Below are positions 27,467 through 36,578 of a stretch of 64,000 nt of DNA, piece by piece. Below the pieces are notes generated by a model. The model was not told the DNA's origin and searched no databases. It saw nothing but the letters and a program-made list of their open reading frames with translations. The DNA is from a virus. Lineage: Duplodnaviria > Caudoviricetes. Where the stretch lies: positions 8,783 through 72,782 of IMG/VR virus record IMGVR_UViG_3300021124_000003, one strand, 5' to 3'. Numbering within the stretch: the stretch's first letter is position 1; each line of letters starts with the position of its first letter. The position numbers and the translations under genes are program-made.

Positions 27467-27673
27467 TCACTGCGCTGCGCGCTTTTTTGCAGCTTCGACG
27501 TGGATGATCTTCCCGGCAGCCGCACGGCGTTGCTTCTCTGCGAGCACCTCCACTGGGATACGCTCCCCAGCTCGGGCGGCGAGGCGGGAAAGAGCGCGCA
27601 TCGCGTGCCTGTTCCAGTGCCGATTGAGCTGGGCGAGTGCAGAGAGTGCCTTGTCTTGTGCCTTAGTGGTCAT
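27467..27673 (-). CDS. Small basic hypothetical protein
   Basis: GGAGG RBS, in operon. Confidence 0.6.
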   Translation of the reverse strand: MTTKAQDKALSALAQLNRHWNRHAMRALSRLAARAGERIPVEVLAEKQRRAAAGKIIHVEAAKKRAAQ

Positions 27674-27682
27674 GGGTGCCTC

Positions 27683-28063
27683 CTACGGTGTTGGCGCCGT
27701 AGCGCAGTGATGATTTTGGAAAGCTTGCGTCAGTACCGCGCCTAGAACAGCGAGGGCTCCGCCCAACCCCGCCAAGGCTCCTGTGGAAATACCAAGAGCT
27801 TCTTCAGCAGGAGCATTGTTCCTGGTGGACGCAACGATTGTACCCATAGCAACGGCTCCGCTACCTAGGGTCAAACCGCCGCCTACAAACGTGAGCACGT
27901 TCTTGTACGTGTTGAACTTGGTACACGTCACGTTTTGCTCCAGGGTACGATCTGGGTCAAACGAGACGCTTGTTTTCGCAGAATTGATCGCTTGTTGGTT
28001 GGGTCCAATTGCGGACCCGCAACCAACAAGCGATAGGCACAAAGCTAGCTTGATCGGACTCAT
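27683..28063 (-). CDS. Lipoprotein with C-terminal hydrophobic/glycine-zipper hairpin
   Basis: MSPIKLALCLSLVG-C lipobox. Confidence 0.65.
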   Translation of the reverse strand: MSPIKLALCLSLVGCGSAIGPNQQAINSAKTSVSFDPDRTLEQNVTCTKFNTYKNVLTFVGGGLTLGSGAVAMGTIVASTRNNAPAEEALGISTGALAGLGGALAVLGAVLTQAFQNHHCATAPTP

Positions 28064-28206
28064 TAAATCCGATCCAAGACCCGCATGCACTGCTGCCGAA
28101 GCCGCCTACCACCTTCCTCAGCGCAGCAGCCAAGGATAAAGGCGAGTAGGAAGGGCGCGGCTAGCGCGACCTTCCCAACCCGACCAAGGAAGCGCAGCGC
28201 TTTCAC
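28063..28206 (-). CDS. 47-aa putative lipoprotein (not in ORF track)
   Basis: VKALRFLGRVGKVALAAPFLLAFILG-CCAEE...; GTGA and TAATG overlaps with both neighbours. Confidence 0.55.
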   Translation of the reverse strand: MKALRFLGRVGKVALAAPFLLAFILGCCAEEGGRRLRQQCMRVLDRI

Positions 28207-28592
28207 TTGCTGTGCTTAGACGCAGCCGCCGCGGCTTGAGCCGCAAGCTGCGTGTTGTAGGACTGTACGAACGCCAGTACCGCCGGGGTGAGCGCGACGT
28301 CGATCTTGCACGCTGTGACGAGTGCTGCCGGCTCCTGCACACCCGCATTCACCTGCAAGGCCAAGCACGCCGCGTCGGCAGCCTTCAGAACAGCCGTGGT
28401 GGTCGTCCAGAACGCTGGGCACCCGGTGAGAACGAAAGTAGCGAGGGCGAACGCCGGGAAGACGGCCCGCGTACGGTGCAGAACGACACCCTTGGCCGAC
28501 ACGAGGAGATTGAGAATCTTGGTAAGGATCGCAAGCATTGTCACCCAGCACGCGCTGGTGACCACGTTGGAGAGCCGCCGAGTCTTCGTCAT
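28203..28592 (-). CDS. Putative lipoprotein
   Basis: FALATFVLTG-C lipobox; start uncertain. Confidence 0.6.
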   Translation of the reverse strand: MTKTRRLSNVVTSACWVTMLAILTKILNLLVSAKGVVLHRTRAVFPAFALATFVLTGCPAFWTTTTAVLKAADAACLALQVNAGVQEPAALVTACKIDVALTPAVLAFVQSYNTQLAAQAAAAASKHSK

Positions 28593-28652
28593 AGAGAGCA
28601 CCTGTGTCTTTCGGTTGCAGAGCTTAGCTCTTGGTTCAGCAAGTCTTTTGCG

Positions 28653-29069
28653 TCACTCGTTGACGCGAGCGTTGATCACGCTGCCAGCCCCGTAGCCTTG
28701 ACCAAGACCGGGACGCTGGTCGAACGGATTCGGGGGGCATGCGAGCATATTTGCGAGAGTAGTTTGAAAGTACAAGTAATGTTCTCGCAGATAACGAAAT
28801 TCCTTGAGGTTGATACCAATCTCATCAACATGGGTAGCCGCGAGATTTGGGCGATCTGTGATCATCTGGCACTCGATCATATCTAGCTGATCTAACACCC
28901 ACACGAACTTCTGCTCAGCTTGTGGGAGCACATTGTTCAGTGCTCCTTCGATCATAAACTGAGTTTGGATAGCGGCTGGCACACCGAGATTGAATGTGTA
29001 GGCCGAAGCAATCTGCACGTACCCGAGATGATACCTGGCCCTAACCTTGTCAGACTCAGCTATGGTCAC
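28653..29069 (-). CDS. Head-tail adaptor candidate
   Basis: 'KVRARYHLGY' helical protein downstream of capsid. Confidence 0.55.
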   Translation of the reverse strand: MTIAESDKVRARYHLGYVQIASAYTFNLGVPAAIQTQFMIEGALNNVLPQAEQKFVWVLDQLDMIECQMITDRPNLAATHVDEIGINLKEFRYLREHYLYFQTTLANMLACPPNPFDQRPGLGQGYGAGSVINARVNE

Positions 29070-29081
29070 GGTACACCCTCT

Positions 29082-29387
29082 TTACGACCGACCGGATCTC
29101 CGCGACAAGGACACAAAATCCCCGTTGGTGGACCCGTGAAGAGAGTTTACCACGTTCCCTGGGGAAACCTCAGAGCAGTGTGGACAAGACTTTGGGCAGG
29201 CGCCCATCATCTCGACAGGACGCTTTGTGTCCAGGCGTCGTAGTTGACCCTCGCGGATCGAGAACTCGTCCTCACACGAGGACAGCAGCTCGCAGTATTG
29301 ACGCCGCCATGTTCCCCCCGGTCGCTGCGCCTCCAGCGCCGGGGGAACAGGGAGCAGATACGTCGTACCTGCCCCCGGCGGAGTCAT
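29082..29387 (-). CDS. Hypothetical protein with CxxxCxxC
   Basis: ATGA overlap with upstream gene. Confidence 0.5.
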   Translation of the reverse strand: MTPPGAGTTYLLPVPPALEAQRPGGTWRRQYCELLSSCEDEFSIREGQLRRLDTKRPVEMMGACPKSCPHCSEVSPGNVVNSLHGSTNGDFVSLSRRSGRS

Positions 29388-29722
29388 ACGATCTCTTCCA
29401 GATTAACGCCGTTACGGCGGAGATACTCGATGTCAGCCGCGCCCTCGACGATCTCTTTACCGGCGGAGATGACTTGGATCCCTCCGTCGTAGACGATGCT
29501 GGCTTGCTTCAGCACCCTAAACCGCCTGGGGGCGACGTAAGGGGAATGCACCAGAGGGTCTCGCCTAGACGTCACACCGCCGGCTGGGCCGATACCGGGG
29601 GGACTGCCGCTCGCCCCACCCTTGGGGAGAGCCGACGTCGTGGGTGTGGCGGCGGGGGTGGGGGCTGCGTCAGGCAGCGTTGCGGGCGACGCCGCTGCGT
29701 TCTGTAGGCCAGGGCGTGCCAT
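29384..29722 (-). CDS. Small capsid-associated protein candidate
   Basis: Disordered A/P N-terminus plus short beta domain. Confidence 0.6.
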   Translation of the reverse strand: MARPGLQNAAASPATLPDAAPTPAATPTTSALPKGGASGSPPGIGPAGGVTSRRDPLVHSPYVAPRRFRVLKQASIVYDGGIQVISAGKEIVEGAADIEYLRRNGVNLEEIV

Positions 29723-29725
29723 GGC

Positions 29726-30082
29726 CTAGTTTGCCTCGGGGGCCTGCGAGGCGGCTTCGGAGGCAGCTTGGGCTGCCGAGGCAGCCTTGTCCGCGGCGCG
29801 TGTGATTTTGCCAGTGGCGATGTCGACGTCATCGTCCGGCGCTAGATCGTATACTCGCCTAACGTGCGCCTGCTCCGCACGGATCTCATTCTGCGTCGTG
29901 ATGAAGTCCGAGTTGATCTGCTTCGCTTGCATGCTGACGGTCATGCCCTGAGCGATAAGCCTGTTGGCCTTCTCCTCCAGAAACATGAGCTTGAACCGCT
30001 CGATGTCGGTAATGTACGTGGATCGGGTATCTGCCTTGTTGGCATTCTTCAGCTCGACCACGTTGCTCTTCTCTTCGTTCAT
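29726..30082 (-). CDS. Coiled-coil hypothetical protein
   Basis: GGAG RBS; in operon. Confidence 0.65.
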   Translation of the reverse strand: MNEEKSNVVELKNANKADTRSTYITDIERFKLMFLEEKANRLIAQGMTVSMQAKQINSDFITTQNEIRAEQAHVRRVYDLAPDDDVDIATGKITRAADKAASAAQAASEAASQAPEAN

Positions 30083-30139
30083 TCGTGTCTCCCAAGTGTT
30101 GTTGGACCCATCCCCAGATGTGCCCTGTTACAGAGCTGC

Positions 30140-30502
30140 TCACGTTGATCCCGACGCCTCACCGGGGAGCATCTGCTCATCCAGCGCAGAGATAAACTTC
30201 ACTGCGCCAGGTTCAGACGGGAGCCCAAACCTATCCGCAACAAAGAGTACCAGGGACCGGAGATCCTGCAAGTTCAGTTTGTCCTTCTTAGCCATCGCCT
30301 GAAACGTCTCCAGGCGCAGCCCACAAGCGTCAGCGATGTCCTGCTCGCTGAATACAGCGACGGGATTGATCCCATCTACTCGACGCTCCCACCACTTCCC
30401 TGTCTTGACGTCCTGGCGTATAACAGAGTCCTCGCGGATCTGTAGCGGCTTACCCGGACGGGTTTGCCTGAACAACGCGCTGGCCGTCTTCTTCGGAGGC
30501 AT
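30140..30502 (-). CDS. Hypothetical protein (possible HTH)
   Basis: In operon; 'SEQDIADACGLRLETF'. Confidence 0.6.
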   Translation of the reverse strand: MPPKKTASALFRQTRPGKPLQIREDSVIRQDVKTGKWWERRVDGINPVAVFSEQDIADACGLRLETFQAMAKKDKLNLQDLRSLVLFVADRFGLPSEPGAVKFISALDEQMLPGEASGST

Positions 30503-30504
30503 CG

Positions 30505-30885
30505 TTAGCCGGCGTCAATGTCTCGGCGGAGTTTGCCGGTCTTGAAGCTGACGCCGACAGCGCCGTATCGGTAGAGCACAGCGGTCAGCACACCATCAAA
30601 AGTGTCCTTGGTGTTCTTGATTTCTTGCTTGGTCACGGCAAGATCCTTCTCTGCACGCTCCAGAAGCAACTCCGCGATGATTTTGGCCCTCTCTGCGGAG
30701 TTCGATGCTGTCACGGCATGCGCCCGACGCTCTTGGCAGAGCTGAAGCTCCAGCACCTCGGCAACAGCCGCGTACTTGGTCACAGACGGGTTCGCAGGTG
30801 CGCGGGAGCAGTGCGAACCATCACATCCGCTGGGCTTGTTCGCTTCACCGTCCAAAATGCCGTGTCTAGGTTTGTGATCTTCCAT
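30505..30885 (-). CDS. Coiled-coil hypothetical protein
   Basis: GGAGAGG RBS; C-terminal TGK motif similar to 29726-30082. Confidence 0.6.
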   Translation of the reverse strand: MEDHKPRHGILDGEANKPSGCDGSHCSRAPANPSVTKYAAVAEVLELQLCQERRAHAVTASNSAERAKIIAELLLERAEKDLAVTKQEIKNTKDTFDGVLTAVLYRYGAVGVSFKTGKLRRDIDAG

Positions 30886-30930
30886 GCGCCTCTCCTTCGG
30901 TCAGGGAGACTACCACCATGCGACACGATG

Positions 30931-31668
30931 TCAAGCGCTGTCGTTGGTCCAGATGGCCTCAGTCGACCGGGTGAGCGTCTTACCCGCCACGAGGGCAGCA
31001 CCACCCTTGAGCCTCCCTGGGCGAGTCTCCGCTGACAGTGGGGTGAATGGGAGCCACTTTGCCGTCTGCGACTCGCACACGGTCACTTGACCTCTACGGG
31101 ACTTGCACCATGCGGCAAGATGAGTGAAGTCGATCGAGTTAGAGTTGTGCTTGTAGAAGCGACCGATAGGTCCCTCGTACGGAGGATCGATAAACCAACA
31201 CGCTTCTACATTTGGAGCGGAATCGTACCCTCCCTCGACGATCTTCCAGTGCCGTATCCGAGCCATGTCCCGTGCGGTGCGAACACGCTTGTTATTGTCC
31301 CAGCCGGCTACGCCGTCGATCTTCATCTCGCATGGGTGCTCAATGCCTGTGTTCATGCAAAACCCAATGACGACGAGAGCGCCTTCAGGGACCCATGCAG
31401 GTAGCTCGTCAATGTGGTGCTTGATGATCGGGATGCGTAGCGCCTCGGACGGCGGGGCTTGTGTGAGCCACCGCCATGCCTCGCAGATCAGTTCGTTCTT
31501 CTCCACGAGGGTCACGTCGAGGTGTGGGTAGTTACAAGAGAACCCAGCAGCGCCAGCAAACGGCTCGATGATGTGTGAAAAACGAGGCTTCGGGTAGGAC
31601 CCGGCTAACCGCCACTTGGCCCCAAAGTACCTCCAAAACGGGTTGATCTTGGGAAGCTGCGTTGCCAT
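30931..31668 (-). CDS. Dam-like (D12 class) N6-adenine DNA methyltransferase
   Basis: YFGAKW, EPFAGAA motif I, IDPPY motif IV. Confidence 0.85.
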   Translation of the reverse strand: MATQLPKINPFWRYFGAKWRLAGSYPKPRFSHIIEPFAGAAGFSCNYPHLDVTLVEKNELICEAWRWLTQAPPSEALRIPIIKHHIDELPAWVPEGALVVIGFCMNTGIEHPCEMKIDGVAGWDNNKRVRTARDMARIRHWKIVEGGYDSAPNVEACWFIDPPYEGPIGRFYKHNSNSIDFTHLAAWCKSRRGQVTVCESQTAKWLPFTPLSAETRPGRLKGGAALVAGKTLTRSTEAIWTNDSA

Positions 31669-31669
31669 G

Positions 31670-32404
31670 TCATCCTCGGACGAACAATCGTTCCACACGC
31701 AGAGATCGTTTAGCCGTCGCGTGCTTTTCTGCAAGCTGTAACCGAGCGTGGCTACTTCGTTCAGCTAGGACTCGCCACCCTTTTGGGGCAGAGACCTCCG
31801 AGACGACGACAGTGGCTCCGCGCTCTGACCACTTCGTGGCGGTCTCCCAAAACTCGTCCGAGTTGAAGGGGGCTACACCCTTGTACGTCTCTGTGCCTGC
31901 GTAGGGTGGATCGCAGTAGACGAACGTACGCTTGTCGGGGCTGTGGTCCCGGTAGTCTGCTTGCCTAAGATCGTTAACATCGGCGAGGTACGGGCGCAGT
32001 GAAGCTACTGACCGCTGGGCTTCACTGATATGATCGCGCACACTTCCGTCGCTTTTACCGTGGTTAATTGGGTGGGTGTACCCGCCGAACCACTTACCGC
32101 CAAAGCTGCAAGCAAAACCAGCAAACCCACGCAAAGCACTTGGGATAGGATCGGCTTTAAGCGCGTTGTACTGCGCTAGGCTCACGAACGGGGGTTTCCA
32201 CCCACCACGCACAGCCTGCCACATTAGGATGAGATCCGGGTTGGCGTCTGTTGCAGTCAGGTGTGCGAAGTGCTGGGAAAGACTCCTGAACACAGCGCAT
32301 GAGCCTAGAAACGGCTCAAGGTAGCGGCTACGGGAGTCAGCTACGGACATCGCGTAGGTCGTTACCCACTTCGCGATCGTAGCTTTGCCGCCTAAGTAGT
32401 GCAT
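31670..32404 (-). CDS. Dam-like (D12 class) N6-adenine DNA methyltransferase
   Basis: YLGGK, EPFLGSC motif I, FGGKWFGGY, YCDPPY motif IV. Confidence 0.9.
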   Translation of the reverse strand: MHYLGGKATIAKWVTTYAMSVADSRSRYLEPFLGSCAVFRSLSQHFAHLTATDANPDLILMWQAVRGGWKPPFVSLAQYNALKADPIPSALRGFAGFACSFGGKWFGGYTHPINHGKSDGSVRDHISEAQRSVASLRPYLADVNDLRQADYRDHSPDKRTFVYCDPPYAGTETYKGVAPFNSDEFWETATKWSERGATVVVSEVSAPKGWRVLAERSSHARLQLAEKHATAKRSLRVERLFVRG

Positions 32405-32481
32405 AGAAAAAGACTCGCGTCCTAGCTATCTTGCCGATAGATGAGACGCGAGGGCATGGGTGGGTCCATACTGAAGAGAGG

Positions 32482-32892
32482 TTACTCCGTTCGACACGAG
32501 CGCGCAAGGGTCTGCGCGCCACCCAGTGATATGCTTCCAGAGAGGATCTTACCTAGGTGCAGCCGGAGATTGGGGTTGTACTGCTTCCAGTTGTCCCCGT
32601 GGCCGATCAGCAGATGGCAGCGATTGCTGTCCATGCACAAAGTGACGAGGTTCGCGTCGTCCAGCTCAAGCTCTGGGTGTAAGTGGAATGGGGATACGTG
32701 ATGCACCTGTAGGTGCATGTGTGCGCCGCAAGCGTCGCAGGCAGGGTGTGCGGCAAGGTGCGCCTTTTCTACCTTCGGCCAGTGGGGGGAGCGCTTGTGT
32801 GCGTCGTGCGGCTTACTCGCCCGGGAAAGGGCTGCGTGAAGTGCTAGCGGTGCGGCGGCTAGGACTTGGAGGAACGTTCGACGAGCCATCAT
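32482..32892 (-). CDS. HNH endonuclease with N-terminal twin-arginine-like signal
   Basis: CDACG...QVHH...ELELDDANLVTLC...CH; N-terminus ARRTFLQ plus hydrophobic stretch plus SRA. Confidence 0.85.
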   Translation of the reverse strand: MMARRTFLQVLAAAPLALHAALSRASKPHDAHKRSPHWPKVEKAHLAAHPACDACGAHMHLQVHHVSPFHLHPELELDDANLVTLCMDSNRCHLLIGHGDNWKQYNPNLRLHLGKILSGSISLGGAQTLARSCRTE

Positions 32893-32898
32893 GCGAGC

Positions 32899-33165
32899 TT
32901 ACCACCTCTCGTGCGACGACGGATGCCGGCTTTGTGGATACGTGGCGGCACGGATGACACGGAGGATTTGAGGCAGCGTCGCGGTTTCCGGGGCAGCGGG
33001 GCCTTTCAAGGCAAAGCCGCGGCGCTTCTTTTCGTTGCGTGTACGATCGTTTTCACACACGTCACACAACGAGCAAAGCCGGTCAGAGCCCTTCTTTGGG
33101 AAGGACTCGACCGGCTTCTCTTGTTTGCAGCGCGTGCAGACTTTGCTGCGAATCTCTTCAGGCAT
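32899..33165 (-). CDS. Zinc-finger protein
   Basis: CTRCKQEKPVESF...CDVC. Confidence 0.6.
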   Translation of the reverse strand: MPEEIRSKVCTRCKQEKPVESFPKKGSDRLCSLCDVCENDRTRNEKKRRGFALKGPAAPETATLPQILRVIRAATYPQSRHPSSHERW

Positions 33166-33229
33166 TCCACGACGGTACCACCGTTAAGCGGTACCGTCAG
33201 GTGTTAGCTTCACGCCTAAAGAATTACGC

Positions 33230-34621
33230 CTAAGTTGCAAATTCAACCACACACGCCCTTCGGAACCGTTGTGAACCGCCGGGGGCTGTGATGTCGCTCG
33301 GGACCGGGAAGCTCGTGCTGATCGACCACGAGCTGGAGACCGTCTGCTGGAGGCGGTCGAGCGGGGCGCGCATGATGAGGCGGATTCGCTCGGTGAGGAT
33401 GTTGATGCCGTTGTTCACGACATCGAACTCGCCGATCTTGCCCGTCGTGCCGGCCTCGGTCACGTACTGCGACTCGTCAATGTACCGCTCGTAGATCGAG
33501 CCCTTGCCAGTGACGATCATACGACCGATGTTGACACCGTTACCGTTGACAACCTCGGCACCAAGCTCCGGGGAGTAGTAGCCGCCGCCCGAGGTCGGGA
33601 CGAGCGTGCCGGTGTTCGTGGTATCGGGAGCTTCCGTGTTCATGAAGAACATGATCCCCGAGATGGTGCCGATGAAGCCTTCCTTGTAGATGACGTGCTC
33701 GGGGAGGCTCTGGTTGAGCCGCTGGAACACGGGATCGGCGAAGAACTGGCTGTTACCGAGCGGCGAAACGTGCGCGTGGTAGAACCCGTCGTCGTGCGGC
33801 TGCACGTTGGACCGACGGAGGAACGCAACAGCGTTGATCGCAGCCTGGAGTGTGAGCGTGTCGGACGGGCCGATCGCATCGATCGACGAGCCGAGCGCGG
33901 TACGAACCACGCGAGGAGCGTAGATGCTGAGCACAACCGAGCGCGCCGCGAACGCGGTGCCGATGGCGCCAGAGAGCGTGAGCGTGCCGACACCGAGCGG
34001 GTCCGCCGGGTTGTCCGGCTGAGCACCGATGACCGATGCCGTAACCGCACCCGAACCGACCCCGAGGGTGATGGGCAGCGGGTAGCTGGGGGAGACGTTC
34101 TGCGGGGCGACGTTGGACCCCGGGATCACGACGTCCGTGAAGCCGTTGATCGCGGAGACGCGGAGCGTGGTATCCGAGGTGAGGCACGCCGAGAGGAGCA
34201 CCGTCTGACCGGAAAGGTACGCCTGGAACATCGCGTTACGAGCGATGCGGTTGATCGACTGGCCAGCCTGGAGACCGAGCTGATGCAGGTTGCGGAGGAA
34301 CAGGTTCGCCATCGCCGTTGTCGACGTGGGCATGTTGGTATCGATCGTTCCGCTGAACTGGCCTAGCGTAGCGACCCACTGCTCGAAGGGGATGACCTGC
34401 GGGATGGGGTCCTGACCGGGGACGAGCGGGGTAGTGATCACGCCGAGGAGACCCGGGCGCGACATCGTGATGCTTTGCCCTGTATTCGCAGGCCATTCTT
34501 CCGCAAGAGCCTCGGCGCGGTACGCCAGGTTCGGGTAGAGACCGTCGTGGAACGCCCTTTCAAGCAATCCGGCTTGATTGAGGCTCAAGACCGATGCCGG
34601 GACACCAAGAATGATCGACAT
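33230..34621 (-). CDS. Major capsid protein
   Basis: 463 aa, strongly biased C/G-ending codons, downstream of scaffold; layout resembles N4-gp56-like capsids with an internal insertion. Confidence 0.8.
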   Translation of the reverse strand: MSIILGVPASVLSLNQAGLLERAFHDGLYPNLAYRAEALAEEWPANTGQSITMSRPGLLGVITTPLVPGQDPIPQVIPFEQWVATLGQFSGTIDTNMPTSTTAMANLFLRNLHQLGLQAGQSINRIARNAMFQAYLSGQTVLLSACLTSDTTLRVSAINGFTDVVIPGSNVAPQNVSPSYPLPITLGVGSGAVTASVIGAQPDNPADPLGVGTLTLSGAIGTAFAARSVVLSIYAPRVVRTALGSSIDAIGPSDTLTLQAAINAVAFLRRSNVQPHDDGFYHAHVSPLGNSQFFADPVFQRLNQSLPEHVIYKEGFIGTISGIMFFMNTEAPDTTNTGTLVPTSGGGYYSPELGAEVVNGNGVNIGRMIVTGKGSIYERYIDESQYVTEAGTTGKIGEFDVVNNGINILTERIRLIMRAPLDRLQQTVSSSWSISTSFPVPSDITAPGGSQRFRRACVVEFAT

Positions 34622-34810
34622 TTTACACCTGTCTTTTCAGACTGAAAACGGAGGTTGGAGTCAACCTTCTACGTTTCGCTCGGTGCCACCCTGATTTACC
34701 GCCGGGTGTGTCCGCGTGATGAGCTACTTCGATGAAGACCTAGCTACCTTAGCACATCTTTTTGCCTCTTATCGCTTTAGAGCAAGATCCATCAGCTTAG
34801 CTCGTGTCAC

Positions 34811-35032
34811 ATGGTACACTTAGCGATGCCAAGCACGACGCGCGAGCAGCCAGCGGTCCAGTCTGTAGCCCTAGACGAACTGCAAACATGGACGGACCGC
34901 CCGCCCCCAACAACGGCGTGGGAACGCCCGCACGTTGTTGTTGAAGGCGTCGTGTCGTGGTGGGCGGCGTCGATCGTAAACGTGCTGCTCGGTGCTGCCG
35001 CTTACGTGATCCTCGCCCGCTGGGTCTTCTGA
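34811..35032 (+). CDS. Small antisense membrane protein
   Basis: C-terminal TM 'VVSWWAASIVNVLLGAAAYVILARWVF'. Confidence 0.5.
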   Translation: MVHLAMPSTTREQPAVQSVALDELQTWTDRPPPTTAWERPHVVVEGVVSWWAASIVNVLLGAAAYVILARWVF

Positions 35033-35090
35033 AAGCACAGCGTGTGGACCAGCCCGAAAGGGAGCCAGCCCACACTGCCGGGGATTGGCG

Positions 35091-35657
35091 CTAGTACGCC
35101 TTGGAATGACTCTTCGGGAAGGCCCCGAACGGGTACCACTTGCTCACACCATCCGTGCAGTAGGACCGCACGTCGTTGAGCGTCATCGTGGTTGTGAGTG
35201 CGTTAGCGATCGTGTCGGACCCGGCAGGGTTCACAGTAACCACGTACGGGTACGGGGTGATGTTGCTTAGCCAAAGCCGCGTGCCCGCTGCCGCGCTCGA
35301 AGCTGCCGGCAGTGTCACGGTGACGTTGGCGGTGCCGAGGATGTTGTAGGCGTTTCCTAGTGCCGCTGTGAAGGAGGCAACCTCGGACACCTGGGGAGGA
35401 AGCTGGTAGATGGAGAGCGGGTTGAAGTCGGAGACACCAGGGATGCCACCGGACTGCCCCGCTGCGTCGTACCTCGCCATCCTGTTCGCGATGATCGCAG
35501 AGAGCGTGTTGGTCGTGTAAGCGACCAGGACACCCCCCGCCGCGAGGATCGGGCCGAGGGGTGTCACGGTATCTTGGATCAGCTCGCCAGCCTGGAGAAC
35601 CTCCGCACCGTTGATTCCCAGAATTGTGATCTGACTGAGTAGTACCCAAGTCGCCAT
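35091..35657 (-). CDS. Virion decoration/fibre protein
   Basis: C-terminal 'VTLPAAS...G...VTVNPAGSDTI...TDGVSKW' fibre-type domain. Confidence 0.6.
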   Translation of the reverse strand: MATWVLLSQITILGINGAEVLQAGELIQDTVTPLGPILAAGGVLVAYTTNTLSAIIANRMARYDAAGQSGGIPGVSDFNPLSIYQLPPQVSEVASFTAALGNAYNILGTANVTVTLPAASSAAAGTRLWLSNITPYPYVVTVNPAGSDTIANALTTTMTLNDVRSYCTDGVSKWYPFGAFPKSHSKAY

Positions 35658-35695
35658 GGTCGTGTTCCTTATGTGGTGTAGGGCAGGATACTATC

Positions 35696-36535
35696 CTACC
35701 ACGAGTACCCTAGCCTGCGCGCGGCAGCCCTGGCGTCCTGCGGACTCATGCTGTTTTGCCCGCCAGGCTTGAAACTCTTCTGTTCTTCGACACCCGTAGA
35801 GGGTGACTTCTCGGGAGCTTTGGCGCCGTTCGTGAGAGGCGCCTTGGCCGGAGCTTTCTCGGCTGCCTTGGCCGTGTCGTAGTCCTTGGACAGCTTCGGC
35901 TTGGCCTTAGCAAGATCCTCGAAGAACTTCTCGATGTCAGAGTCCTTGAGCTTTTCGAGCTGGGCTTCGGTGAAGTTCTCTTGGAGATGCCGAGCGAGCT
36001 TGGGGAGGGTATCCTCTACATAATCCGCGTCGATGTACTTACCGGCGATCTTGGAGATGCGCGCGTCTTCCTTCTCGACGATGTGCTGCTCCTGCATCGC
36101 CTTGTACGACCGCTTAGCTTCGTCACGCTCGGATCGAAGCCGCGCCGTGTCAGCCTTGTGCTTCTCTAGCTCGGTCATCTCCGCGCGTTTACGGGTCTCC
36201 TCGTCCGCCTCGAACTTGGCGAGACGGTCAAGTTTGCCCTTGATGTCGTCGAAGTCCTCCGTACCGAACTTCTCACGGAGCTGCTTCTTGGTGTAACGAT
36301 CGAGCCTGGCGGTAAGGGCACGGGGGCTAAGCTCCAAAAGCTCTGCCCCCTCGGGGATTTCATCCCCAGCCTCAAGCCGGGTCTTGATGGACGCGGCATT
36401 GGACGGCTTAGCCGTATCAGACGGATCCGGTGCCTTGGTCTGTACCGCGGAAGTAGCGGCCATGGGGGCGGAAGCAGCGGATTTATCCCCGCCGGCAGCC
36501 TCCCCCGTGGTGGTTGTTGTTTGCGCCTCAGTCAT
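35696..36535 (-). CDS. Capsid scaffolding protein
   Basis: Charged coiled coil, flexible termini, upstream of capsid. Confidence 0.75.
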   Translation of the reverse strand: MTEAQTTTTTGEAAGGDKSAASAPMAATSAVQTKAPDPSDTAKPSNAASIKTRLEAGDEIPEGAELLELSPRALTARLDRYTKKQLREKFGTEDFDDIKGKLDRLAKFEADEETRKRAEMTELEKHKADTARLRSERDEAKRSYKAMQEQHIVEKEDARISKIAGKYIDADYVEDTLPKLARHLQENFTEAQLEKLKDSDIEKFFEDLAKAKPKLSKDYDTAKAAEKAPAKAPLTNGAKAPEKSPSTGVEEQKSFKPGGQNSMSPQDARAAARRLGYSW

Positions 36536-36578
36536 GTGTTTCGCCTCGTAGTGGTGCGCTATCTACCGTAGTGGTAGA

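Noticed and set aside
33171-33198. 9-bp inverted repeat after the capsid stop as an intrinsic terminator
   Set aside because: No U-tract follows on the coding strand; function unsupported.
35040-35080. Plus-strand CAG-CCC-GAAA-GGG-AGC-CAG resembles SRP RNA helix 8
   Set aside because: Two indels in the conserved loop; the minus strand folds into a better G-U-containing hairpin right after a minus-strand stop, so a 3' mRNA hairpin is the simpler reading.
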